Origin: Paragordius varius
Taxonomy: Eukaryota; Animalia; Nematomorpha
DNA: 64,000 bases
Direction of reading: 5' to 3'
NCBI GenBank assembly: GCA_964247055.1
Contig: OZ176050.1
Location: 124,001-188,000, forward strand
Under the pieces are notes generated by a model. The model ran no database searches. It was not told the origin of the DNA and was given only the letters and a program-made list of their open reading frames with translations. Shown one piece after another: positions 1-12,800 of this stretch. The first letter of the stretch is position 1. Each line of letters begins with the position of its first letter. A program made the position numbers and the translations under genes.

Positions 1-1739
1 TTTTAAAAATAAAAATGGCTACCTTAAATCCAAATTTGATCAGGTGATGTCACTATAATTTTTTTTGGGTAGCCCTATGGTAGTTCCATCATCACCCCAA
101 ATATTGTCGAGATCGGAGTATAAATGTAATTTTTATGAATTTTTTAAATATTTAAAAAATTTATTTTATACGATTTTAAAAATAAAAATGGCTACCTAAA
201 ATCCAAATTTAATCAGGTGATGTCACCATAATTTTTTTTGGGTAGCCCTATGGTAATTCCATCATCACCCCAAATATTTTGGGGATCGGACTATAAATGT
301 AATTTTTATGAATTTTTTAAATATTTAAAAAATTTATTTTATACGATTTTAAAAATAAAAATGGCTACCTAAAATCCAAATTTGATCAGGTGATGTCACT
401 ATAATTTATTTTGGGTAGCCCTATGGTAGTTCCATCATCACCCCAAATATTTTGGCGATCGGACTATAAATGTAATTTTTATGAATTTTTTAAATATTTA
501 AAAAATTTATTTTATACGATTTTAAAAATAAAAATGGCTACCTAAAATCCAAATTTGATCAGGTGATGTCACTATAATTTTTTTTGGGTAGCCCTATGGT
601 AGTTCCATCATCACGCCAAATATTGTCGAGATCGGAGTATAAATGTAATTTTTATGAATTTTTTAAATATTTAAAAAATTTATTTTATACGATTTTAAAA
701 ATAAAAATGGCTACCTAAAATCCAAATTTGATCAGGTGATGTCACTATAATTTTTTTTGCGTAGCCCTATGGTAGTTCCATCATCACCACAAATATTTTG
801 GCGATCGGACTATAAATGTAATTTTTATGAATTTTTTAAATATTTAAAAAATTTATTTTATACGATTTAAAAATAAAAATGGCTACCTAAAATCCAAATT
901 TGATCAGGTGATGTCACTATAATTTTTTTTGGGTAGCCCTATGGTAGTTCCATCATCACCCCAAATATTTTGGCGATCGGAGTATAAATGTAATTTTTAT
1001 GAATTTTTTAAATATTTAAAAAATTTATTTTATACGATTTTAAAAATAAAAATGGCTACCTAAAATCCAAATTTGATCAGGTGATGTCACCATAATTTTT
1101 GGGTAGCCCTATGGTAATTCCATCATCACCCCAAATATTTTGGGGATCGGAGTATAAATGTAATTTTTATGAATTTTTAAATATTTAAAAAATTTATTTT
1201 ATACGATATTAGAAATAATTATGGCTACCTAAAATCCAAATTTGATCAGGTGATGTCACTATAATTTTTTTTGTGTAGCCCTATGGTAGTTCCATCATCA
1301 CCACAAATATCTTGGCGATCGGACTATAAATGTAATTTTTATGAATTTTTTAAATATTTAAAAAATTTATTTTATACGATTTTAAAAATAAAAATGGCTA
1401 CCTAAAATCCAAATTTGATCAGGTGATGTCGCCATAATTTTTTTTGCGTAGCCCTATGGTTGTTCCATCATCACCTCAAATATTTTGGGGATCGGACTAT
1501 AAATGTAATTTTTATGAATTTTTTAAATATTTAAAAAAATTATTTTTATACGATTTTAAGATAAAAATGGCTACCTAAAATCCAAATTTGATCAGGTGAT
1601 GTCACTATAATTTTTTTTGGGTAGCCCTATGGTAGTTCCATCATCACCCCAAATATTGTCGAGATCGGAGTATAAATGTAATTTTTATGAATTTTTTAAA
1701 TATTTAAAAAATTTATTTTATACGATATTAAAAATAAAA

Positions 1740-4677
1740 ATGGCTACCTAAAATCCAAATTTGATCAGGTGATGTCACCATAATTTTTGGGTAGCCCTAT
1801 GGTAATTCCATCATCACCCCAAATATTTTGGGGATCGGACTATAAATGTAATTTTTATGAATTTTTTAAATATTTAAAAAATTTATTTTATACGATTTTA
1901 AAAATAAAAATGGCTACCTAAAATCCAAATTTGATCAGGTGATGTCACTATAATTTTTTTTGGGTAGCCCTATGGTAGTTCCATCATCACCCCAAATATT
2001 TTCGAGATCGGAGTATAAATGTAATTTTTATGAATTTTTTAAATATTTAAAAATTTATTTTATACGATTTTAAAAATAAAAATGGCTACCTAAAATCCAA
2101 ATTTGATCAGGTGATGTCACCATAATTTTTTTTAGGTAGCCCTATGGTAGTTCCATCATCACCACAAATATTTTGGGGATCGAACTATAAATGTAACTTT
2201 TATGAATTTTTTAAATATTTAAAAAATTTATTTTATACGATTTTAAAAATAAAAATGGCTACCTAAAATCCAAATTTGATCAGGTGATGTCACCATAATT
2301 TTTGGGTAGCCCTATGGTAATTCCATCATCACCCCAAATATTTTGGGGATCGGACTATAAATGTAATTTTTATGAATTTTTTAAATATTTAAAAAATTTA
2401 TTTTATACGATTTTAAAAATAAAAATGGCTACCTAAAATCCAAATTTGATCAGGTGAGTCACTATAATTTTTTTTGGGTAGCCCTATGGTAGTTCCATCA
2501 TCACGCCAAATATTTTGGGGATCAGACTATAAATGTAATTTTTATGAATTTTTTAAATATTTAAAAAATTTATTTTATACGATTTTAAAAATAAAAATGG
2601 CTACCTAAAATCCGAATTTGATCAGGTGATGTCACCATAATTTTTTTTGGGTAGCCCTATGGTAGTTCCATCATCACCACAAATATTTTGGGGATCGGAC
2701 TATAAATGTAACTTTTATGAATTTTTTAAATATTTAAAAAATTTATTTTATACGATTTTAAAAATAAAAATGGCTACCTAAAATCCAAATTTGATCAGGT
2801 GATGTCACCATAATTTTTTTTGGGTAGCCCTATGGTAGTTCCATCATCACCCCAAATATTTTCGAGATCGGAGTATAAATGTAATTTTTATGAATTTTTT
2901 AAATATTTAAAAAATTTATTTTATACGATTTTAAAAATAAAAATGGCTACCTAAATCCAAATTTGATCAGGTGATGTCACCATAATTTTTTTTGCGTAGC
3001 CCTATGGTAGTTCCATCATCACCCCAAATATTTTCGAGATCGGAGTATAAATGTAATTTTTATGAATTTTTTAAATATTTAAAAAATTTATTTTATACGA
3101 TTTTAAAAATAAAAATGGCTACCTAAAATCCAAATTTTTTATAAATGTAATTTTTATGAATTTTTTAAATATTTAAAAAATTTATTTTATACGATTTTAA
3201 AAATAAAAATGGCTACCTAAAATCCAAATTTGATCAGGTGATGTCACCATAATTTTTGGGTAGCCCTATGGTAATTCCATCATCACCCCAAATATTTTGG
3301 GGATCGGACTATAAATGTAATTTTTATGAATTTTTTAAATATTTAAAAAATTTATTTTATACGATTTTAAAAATAAAAATGGCTACCTAAAATCCAAATT
3401 TGATCAGGTGATGTCACTATAATTTTTTTTGGGTAGCCCTATGGTAGTTCCATCATCACCCCAAATATTTTCGAGATCGGAGTATAAATGTAATTTTTAT
3501 GAATTTTTTAAATATTTAAAAATTTATTTTATACGATTTTAAAAATAAAAATGGCTACCTAAAATCCAAATTTGATCAGGTGATGTCACCATAATTTTTT
3601 TTAGGTAGCCCTATGGTAGTTCCATCATCACCACAAATATTTTGGGGATCGAACTATAAATGTAACTTTTATGAATTTTTTAAATATTTAAAAAATTTAT
3701 TTTATACGATTTTAAAAATAAAAATGGCTACCTAAAATCCAAATTTGATCAGGTGATGTCACCATAATTTTTGGGTAGCCCTATGGTAATTCCATCATCA
3801 CCCCAAATATTTTGGGGATCGGACTATAAATGTAATTTTTATGAATTTTTTAAATATTTAAAAAATTTATTTTATACGATTTTAAAAATAAAAATGGCTA
3901 CCTAAAATCCAAATTTGATCAGGTGAGTCACTATAATTTTTTTTGGGTAGCCCTATGGTAGTTCCATCATCACGCCAAATATTTTGGGGATCAGACTATA
4001 AATGTAATTTTTATGAATTTTTTAAATATTTAAAAAATTTATTTTATACGATTTTAAAAATAAAAATGGCTACCTAAAATCCGAATTTGATCAGGTGATG
4101 TCACCATAATTTTTTTTGGGTAGCCCTATGGTAGTTCCATCATCACCACAAATATTTTGGGGATCGGACTATAAATGTAACTTTTATGAATTTTTTAAAT
4201 ATTTAAAAAATTTATTTTATACGATTTTAAAAATAAAAATGGCTACCTAAAATCCAAATTTGATCAGGTGATGTCACCATAATTTTTTTTGGGTAGCCCT
4301 ATGGTAGTTCCATCATCACCCCAAATATTTTCGAGATCGGAGTATAAATGTAATTTTTATGAATTTTTTAAATATTTAAAAAATTTATTTTATACGATTT
4401 TAAAAATAAAAATGGCTACCTAAATCCAAATTTGATCAGGTGATGTCACCATAATTTTTTTTGCGTAGCCCTATGGTAGTTCCATCATCACCCCAAATAT
4501 TTTCGAGATCGGAGTATAAATGTAATTTTTATGAATTTTTTAAATATTTAAAAAATTTATTTTATACGATTTTAAAAATAAAAATGGCTACCTAAAATCC
4601 AAATTTTTTATAAATGTAATTTTTATGAATTTTTTAAATATTTAAAAAATTTATTTTATACGATTTTAAAAATAAAA
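1740..4677 (+). repeat. Tandem duplication of a 1469-bp unit (8 full monomers plus one 94-bp truncated monomer), 2 copies
   Basis: Private markers repeat at an offset of exactly 1469: GGTGAGTC deletion (monomers 2425/3894), TCCGAA (2597/4066), CTAAATCC (2943/4412), truncated monomer (3115/4584). Confidence 0.92.
3115..3208 (+). repeat. Truncated 94-bp monomer (pos ~24-105 replaced by TTT); second copy at 4584-4677
   Basis: The sequence reads CCAAATTT-TTT-ATAAATGT instead of CCAAATTTGATC...GGACTATAAATGT. Confidence 0.92.
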
Positions 4678-7600
4678 ATGGCTACCTAAAATCCAAATTT
4701 GATCAGGTGATGTCACTATAATTTTTTTTGGGTAGCCCTATGGTAGTTCCATCATCACCCCAAATATTTTCGAGATCGGAGTATAAATGTAATTTTTATG
4801 AATTTTTTAAATATTTAAAAAATTTATTTTATACGATTTTAAAAATAAAAATGGCTACCTAAAATCCAAATTTGATCAGGTGATGTCACCATAATCTTTT
4901 TGGGTAGCCCTATGGTAGTTCCATCATCACCCCAATGATTTTGGGGATCGGACTATAAATGTAATTTTTATGAATTTTTTAAATATTTAAAAAATTTATT
5001 TTATACGATTTTAAAAATAAAAATGGCTACCTAAAATCCAAATTTGATCAAGTGATGTCACCATAATTTTTTTTGGGTAGCCCTATGGTAGTTCCATCAT
5101 CACCACAAATATTTTGGGGATCGGACTATAAATGTAACTTTTTTGAATTTTTTAAATATTTAAAAAATTTATTTTATACGATTTTAAAAATAAAAATGGC
5201 TACCTAAAATCCAAATTTGATCAGGTGATGTCACCATAATTTTTTTTGCGTAGCCCTATGGTAGTTCCATCATCACCCCAAATATTTTCGAGATCGGGGT
5301 ATAAATGTAATTTTTATGAATTTTTTAAATATTTAAAAAATTTATTTTATACGATTTTAAAAATAAAAATGGCTACCTAAAATCCAAATTTGATCAGGTG
5401 ATGTCGCCATAATTTTTTTTGGGTAGCCCTATGGTAGTTCCATCATCACCCCAAACATTTTCGAGATCGGAGTATAAATGTAATTTTTATGAATTTTTTA
5501 AATATTTAAAAAATTTATTTTATACGATTTTAAAAATAAAAATGGCTACCTAAAATCCAAATTTGATCAGGTGATGTCACCATAATCTTTTTGGGTAGCC
5601 CTATGGTAGTTCCATCATCACCCCAAATATTTTGGGGATCGGACTATAAATGTAATTTTTATGAATTTTTTAAATATTTAAAAAATTTATTTTATACGAT
5701 TTTAAAAATAAAAATGGCTACCTAAAATCCAAATTTGATCAGGTGATGTCACCATAATTTAATTTGGGTAGCCCTATGGTAGTTCCATCATCACCCCAAA
5801 TATTTTGGCGATCGGAGTATAAATGTAATTTTTATGAATTTTTTAAATATTTAAAAAATTTATTTTATACGATTTTAAAAATAAAAATGGCTACCTAAAA
5901 TCCAAATTTGATCAGGTGATGTCACCATAATTTTTTTTGCGTAGCCCTATGGTTGTTCCATCATCACCCCAAATATTTTCGAGATCGGACTATAAATGTA
6001 ATTTTTATGAATTTTTTAAATATTTAAAAAATTTATTTTATACGATTTTAAAAATAAAAATGGCTACCTAAAATCCAAATTTGATCAGGTGATGTCACTA
6101 TAATTTTTTTTGGGTAGCCCTATGGTAGTTCCATCATCACGCCAAATATTGTCGAGATCGGAGTATAAATGTAATTTTTATGAATTTTTTAAATATTTAA
6201 AAAATTTATTTTATACGATTTTAAAAATAAAAATGGCTACCTAAAATCCAAATTTGATCAGGTGATGTCACCATAATTTTTTTTGGGTAGCCCTATGGTA
6301 ATTCCATCATCACCCCAAATATTTTGGGGATCGGACTATAAATGTAATTTTTATGAATTTTTTAAACATTTAAAAAATTTATTTTATACGATTTTAAAAA
6401 TAAAAATGGCTACCTAAAATCCAAATTTGATCAGGTGATGTCGCCATAATTTATTTTGGGTAGCCCTATGGTAGTTCCATCATCACCCCAAATATTTTCG
6501 AGATCGGAGTATAAATGTAATTTTTTTGAATTTTTTAAATATTTAAAAAATTTATTTTATACGATTTTAAAAATAAAAATGGCTACCTAAAATCCAAATT
6601 TGATCAGGTGATGTCACCATAATTTTTTTTAGGTAGCCCTATGGTAGTTCCATCATCACCCCAAATATTTTCGAGATCGGAGTATAAATGTAATTTTTTT
6701 GAATTTTTTAAATATTTAAAAAATTTATTTTATACGATTTTAAAAATAAAAATGGCTACCTAAAATCCAAATTTGATCAGGTGATGTCACCATAATTTTT
6801 TTTGCGTAGCCCTATGGTTGTCCCATCATCACCCCAAATATTTTGGGGATCAGACTATAAATGTAATTTTTATGAATTTTTTAAATATTTAAAAAATTTA
6901 TTTTATACGATTTTAAAAATAAAAATGGCTACCTAAAATCCGAATTTGATCAGGTGATGTCACCATAATTTTTTTTGGGTAGCCCTATGGTAGTTCCATC
7001 ATCACCACAAATATTTTGGGGATCGGACTATAAATGTAACTTTTATGAATTTTTTAAATATTTAAAAAATTTATTTTATACGATTTTAAAAATAAAAATG
7101 GCTACCTAAAATCCAAATTTGATCAGGTGATGTCACCATAATTTTTTTTGGGTAGCCCTATGGTAGTTCCATCATCACCCCAAATATTTTCGAGATCGGA
7201 GTATAAATGTAATTTTTATGAATTTTTTAAATATTTAAAAAATTTATTTTATACGATTTTAAAAATAAAAATGGCTACCTAAAATCCAAATTTGATCATG
7301 TGATGTCACCATAATTTTTTTTGCGTAGCCCTATGGTAGTTCCATCATCACCCCAAATATTTTCGAGATCGGGGTATAAATGTAATTTTTATGAATTTTT
7401 TAAATATTTAAAAAATTTATTTTATACGATTTTAAAAATAAAAATGGCTACCTAAAATCCAAATTTGATCAGGTGATGTCGCCATAATTTTTTTTGGGTA
7501 GCCCTATGGTAGTTCCATCATCACCCCAAACATTTTCGAGATCGGAGTATAAATGTAATTTTTATGAATTTTTTAAATATTTAAAAAATTTATTTTATAC

Positions 7601-7788
7601 GATTTTAAAAATAAAAATGGCTACCTAAAATCCAAATTTGATCAGGTGATGTCACCATAATCTTTTTGGGTAGCCCTATGGTAGTTCCATCATCACCCCA
7701 AATATTTTGGGGATCGGACTATAAATGTAATTTTTATGAATTTTTTAAATATTTAAAAAATTTATTTTATACGATTTTAAAAATAAAA

Positions 7789-7837
7789 ATGGCTACCTTA
7801 TTTAAAAAATTTATTTTATACGATTTTAAAAATAAAA
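7789..7837 (+). repeat. Truncated 49-bp monomer (124-bp deletion of pos 11-134)
   Basis: ATGGCTACCT is joined directly to TATTTAAAAAATTT, and the next monomer starts at 7838. Confidence 0.92.
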
Positions 7838-9739
7838 ATGGCTACCTAAAATCCAAATTTGATCAGGTGATGTCACCATAATTTATTTTGGGTAGCCCTA
7901 TGGTAGTTCCATCATCACCCCAAATATTTTGGCGATCGGAGTATAAATGTAATTTTTTTGAATTTTTTAAATATTTAAAAAATTTATTTTATACGATTTT
8001 AAAAATAAAAATGGCTACCTAAAATCCAAATTTGATCAGGTGATGTCACCATAATTTTTTTTGCGTAGCCCTATGGTTGTTCCATCATCACCCCAAATAT
8101 TTACGAGATCGGACTATAAATGTAATTTTTATGAATTTTTTAAATATTTAAAAAATTTATTTTATACGATTTTAAAAATAAAAATGGCTACCTAAAATCC
8201 AAATTTGATCAGGTGATGTCACTATAATTTTTTTTGGGTAGCCCTATGGTAGTTCCATCATCACGCCAAATATTGTCGAGATCGGAGTATAAATGTAATT
8301 TTTATGAATTTTTTAAATATTTAAAAAATTTATTTTATACGATTTTAAAAATAAAAATGGCTACCTAAAATCCAAATTTGATCAGGTGATGTCACCATAA
8401 TTTTTTTTGGGTAGCCCTATGGTAATTCCATCATCACCCCAAATATTTTGGGGATCGGACTATAAATGTAATTTTTATGAATTTTTTAAACATTTAAAAA
8501 ATTTATTTTATACTATTTTAAAAATAAAAATGGCTACCTAAAATCCAAATTTGATCAGGTGATGTCGCCATAATTTATTTTGGGTAGCCCTATGGTAGTT
8601 CCATCATCACCCCAAATATTTTCGAGATCGGAGTATAAATGTAATTTTTATGAATTTTTTAAATATTTAAAAAATTTATTTTATACGATTTTAAAAATAA
8701 AAATGGCTACCTAAAATCCGAATTTGATCAGGTGATGTCACCATAATTTTTTTTGGGTAGCCCTATGGTAGTTCCATCATCACCACAAATATTTTGGGGA
8801 TCGGACTATAAATGTAACTTTTATGAATTTTTTAAATATTTAAAAAATTTATTTTATACGATTTTAAAAATAAAAATGGCTACCTAAAATCCAAATTTGA
8901 TCAGGTGATGTCACCATAATTTTTTTTGGGTAGCCCTATGGTAGTTCCATCATCACCCCAAATATTTTCGAGATCGGAGTATAAATGTAATTTTTATGAA
9001 TTTTTTAAATATTTAAAAAATTTATTTTATACGATTTTAAAAATAAAAATGGCTACCTAAAATCCAAATTTGATCAGGTGATGTCACCATAATTTTTTTT
9101 GCGTAGCCCTATGGTAGTTCCATCATCACCCCAAATATTTTCGAGATCGGGGTATAAATGTAATTTTTATGAATTTTTTAAATATTTAAAAAATTTATTT
9201 TATACGATTTTAAAAATAAAAATGGCTACCTAAAATCCAAATTTGATCAGGTGATGTCACCATAATTTTTTTTGCGTAGCCCTATGGTAGTTCCATCATC
9301 ACCCCAAATATTTTCGAGATCGGGGTATAAATGTAATTTTTATGAATTTTTTAAATATTTAAAAAATTTATTTTATACGATTTTAAAAATAAAAATGGCT
9401 ACCTAAAATCCAAATTTGATCAGGTGATGTCGCCATAATTTTTTTTGGGTAGCCCTATGGTAGTTCCATCATCACCCCAAACATTTTCGAGATCGGAGTA
9501 TAAATGTAATTTTTATGAATTTTTTAAATATTTAAAAAATTTATTTTATACGATTTTAAAAATAAAAATGGCTACCTAAAATCCAAATTTGATCAGGTGA
9601 TGTCACCATAATCTTTTTGGGTAGCCCTATGGTAGTTCCATCATCACCCCAAATATTTTGGGGATCGGACTATAAATGTAATTTTTATGAATTTTTTAAA
9701 TATTTAAAAAATTTATTTTATACGATTTTAAAAATAAAA

Positions 9740-9888
9740 ATGGCTACCTAAAATCCAAATTTGATCAGGTGATGTCACCATAATTTTTTTTGGGTAGCCC
9801 TATGGTAGTTCCATCGGACTATAAATGTAACTTTTATGAATTTTTTAAATATTTAAAAAATTTATTTTATACGATTTTAAAAATAAAA
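9740..9888 (+). repeat. 149-bp monomer with a 24-bp deletion between ATC direct repeats
   Basis: The sequence reads TTCCATC|GGACT at 9809-9820, versus consensus TTCCATC-ATCACCCCAAATATTTTGGGGATC-GGACT. Confidence 0.92.
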
Positions 9889-12800
9889 ATGGCTACCTAA
9901 AATCCAAATTTGATCAGGTGATGTCACCATAATTTATTTTGGGTAGCCCTATGGTAGTTCCATCATCACCCCAAATATTTTGGCGATCGGAGTATAAATG
10001 TAATTTTTTTGAATTTTTTAAATATTTAAAAAATTTATTTTATACGATTTTAAAAATAAAAATGGCTACCTAAAATCCAAATTTGATCAGGTGATGTCAC
10101 CATAATTTTTTTTGCGTAGCCCTATGGTTGTTCCATCATCACCCCAAATATTTTCGAGATCGGACTATAAATGTAATTTTTATGAATTTTTTAAATATTT
10201 AAAAAATTTATTTTATACGATTTTAAAAATAAAAATGGCTACCTAAAATCCAAATTTGATCAGGTGATGTCACTATAATTTTTTTTGGGTAGCCCTATGG
10301 TAGTTCCATCATCACGCCAAATATTGTCGAGATCGGAGTATAAATGTAATTTTTATGAATTTTTTAAATATTTAAAAAATTTATTTTATACGATTTTAAA
10401 AATAAAAATGGCTACCTAAAATCCAAATTTGATCAGGTGATGTCACCATAATTTTTTTCGGGTAGCCCTATGGTAATTCCATCATCACCCCAAATATTTT
10501 GGGGATCGGACTATAAATGTAATTTTTATGAATTTTTTAAACATTTAAAAAATTTATTTTATACTATTTTAAAAATAAAAATGGCTACCTAAAATCCAAA
10601 TTTGATCAGGTGATGTCGCCATAATTTATTTTGGGTAGCCCTATGGTAGTTCCATCATCACCCCAAATATTTTCGAGATCGGAGTATAAATGTAATTTTT
10701 TTGAATTTTTTAAATATTTAAAAAATTTATTTTATACGATTTTAAAAATAAAAATGGCTACCTAAAATCCAAATTTGATCAGGTGATGTCGCCATAATTT
10801 TTTTTGCGTAGCCCTATGGTTCCATCATCACCCCAAATATTTTGGGGATCGGACTATAAATGTAATTTTTATGAATTTTTTAAATATTTAAAAAATTTAT
10901 TTTATACGATTTTAAAAATAAAAATGGCTACCTAAAATCCATATTTGATCAGGTGATGTCGCCATAATTTTTTTAGGTAGGCCTATGATAGTTCCATCAT
11001 CACCCTAAATATTGTCGAGATCGGACTATAAATGTAACTTTTATGAATTTTTTAAATATTTAAAAAATTTATTTTATACGATTTTAAAAATAAAAATGGC
11101 TACCTAAAATCCAAATTTGATCAGGTGATGTCACCATAATTTTTTTTGGGTAGCCCTATGGTAGTTCCATCATCACCACAAATATTTTGGGGATCGGACT
11201 ATAAATGTAACTTTTATGAATTTTTTAAATATTTAAAAAATTTATTTTATACGATTTTAAAAATAAAAATGGCTACCTAAAATCCAAATTTGATCAGGTG
11301 ATGTCACCATAATTTATTTTGGGTAGCCCTATGGTAGTTCCATCATCACCCCAAATATTTTGGCGATCGGAGTATAAATGTAATTTTTTTGAATTTTTTA
11401 AATATTTAAAAAATTTATTTTATACGATTTTAAAAATAAAAATGGCTACCTAAAATCCAAATTTGATCAGGTGATATCACCATAATTTTTTTTGCGTAGC
11501 CCTATGGTTGTTCCATCATCACCCCAAATATTTTCGAGATCGGACTATAAATGTAATTTTTATGAATTTTTTAAATATTTAAAAAATTTATTTTATACGA
11601 TTTTAAAAATAAAAATGGCTACCTAAAATCCAAATTTGATCAGGTGATGTCACTATAATTTTTTTTGGGTAGCCCTATGGTAGTTCCATCATCACGCCAA
11701 ATATTGTCGAGATCGGAGTATAAATGTAATTTTTATGAATTTTTTAAATATTTAAAAAATTTATTTTATACGATTTTAAAAATAAAAATGGCTACCTAAA
11801 ATCCAAATTTGATCAGGTGATGTCACCATAATTTTTTTTGGGTAGCCCTATGGTAATTCCATCATCACCCCAAATATTTTGGGGATCGGACTATAAATGT
11901 AATTTTTATGAATTTTTTAAACATTTAAAAAATTTATTTTATACTATTTTAAAAATAAAAATGGCTACCTAAAATCCAAATTTGATCAGGTGATGTCGCC
12001 ATAATTTATTTTGGGTAGCCCTATGGTAGTTCCATCATCACCCCAAATATTTTCGAGATCGGAGTATAAATGTAATTTTTTTGAATTTTTTAAATATTTA
12101 AAAAATTTATTTTATACGATTTTAAAAATAAAAATGGCTACCTAAAATCCAAATTTGATCAGGTGATGTCGCCATAATTTTTTTTGCGTAGCCCTATGGT
12201 TCCATCATCACCCCAAATATTTTGGGGATCGGACTATAAATGTAATTTTTATGAATTTTTTAAATATTTAAAAAATTTATTTTATACGATTTTAATAATA
12301 AAAATGGCTACCTAAAATCCAAATTTGATCAGGTGATGTCACCATAATTTTTTTTGGGTAGCCCTATGGTAGTTCCATCATCACCCCAAATATTTTCGAG
12401 ATCGGACTATAAATGTAATTTTTATGAATTTTTTAAATATTTAAAAAATTTATTTTATGCGATATTAAAAATAAAAATGGCTACCTAAAATCCAAATTTG
12501 ATCAGGTGATGTCACCATAATTTTTTTTGGGTAGCCCTATGGTAGTTCCATCATCACCCCAAATATTTTGGGGATCGGACTATAAATGTAATTTTTATGA
12601 ATTTTTTAAATATTTAAAAAATTTATTTTATACTATTTTAAAAATAAAAATAACTACCTAAAATCCAAATTTGATCAGGTGATGTCACTATAATTTTTTT
12701 TGGGTAGCCCTATGGTAGTTCCATCATCACCCCAAATATTTTGGGGATCGGACTATAAATGTAATTTTTATAAATTTTTTAAATATTTAAAAAATTTATT

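Larger units (their letters stand above)
5714..12303 (+). repeat. Left-layer irregular higher-order repeats: a 5-monomer cassette recurring at 5714, 7838, 9889 and 11269
   Basis: The same ordered markers recur each time: TTGGCG; GCGTAG+GGTTGTT; CACT+CACGCC; GTAATT+AAACATT; CGCC+TTTATTTT. Spacings are 2124, 2051 and 1380 bp. Confidence 0.85.

Noticed and set aside
5287-5298. CENP-B-box-like TTCG-AGAT-CGGG (TTCG-AGAT-CGGA in most TTCGAG monomers)
   Set aside because: The canonical box needs TTCG-N4-A-N2-CGGG, a 7-nt spacing. Here the spacing is 4 nt, and the CGGG form is confined to a few left-layer monomers.
7666-7881. 71-aa ORF from the ORF track
   Set aside because: It starts at a TTG inside the satellite and consists wholly of repeat sequence. 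It stays open only because the 49-bp truncated monomer changes ACC TAA to ACC TTA. The low-complexity F/K/N/I composition reflects the AT-rich DNA, so it is not a gene.
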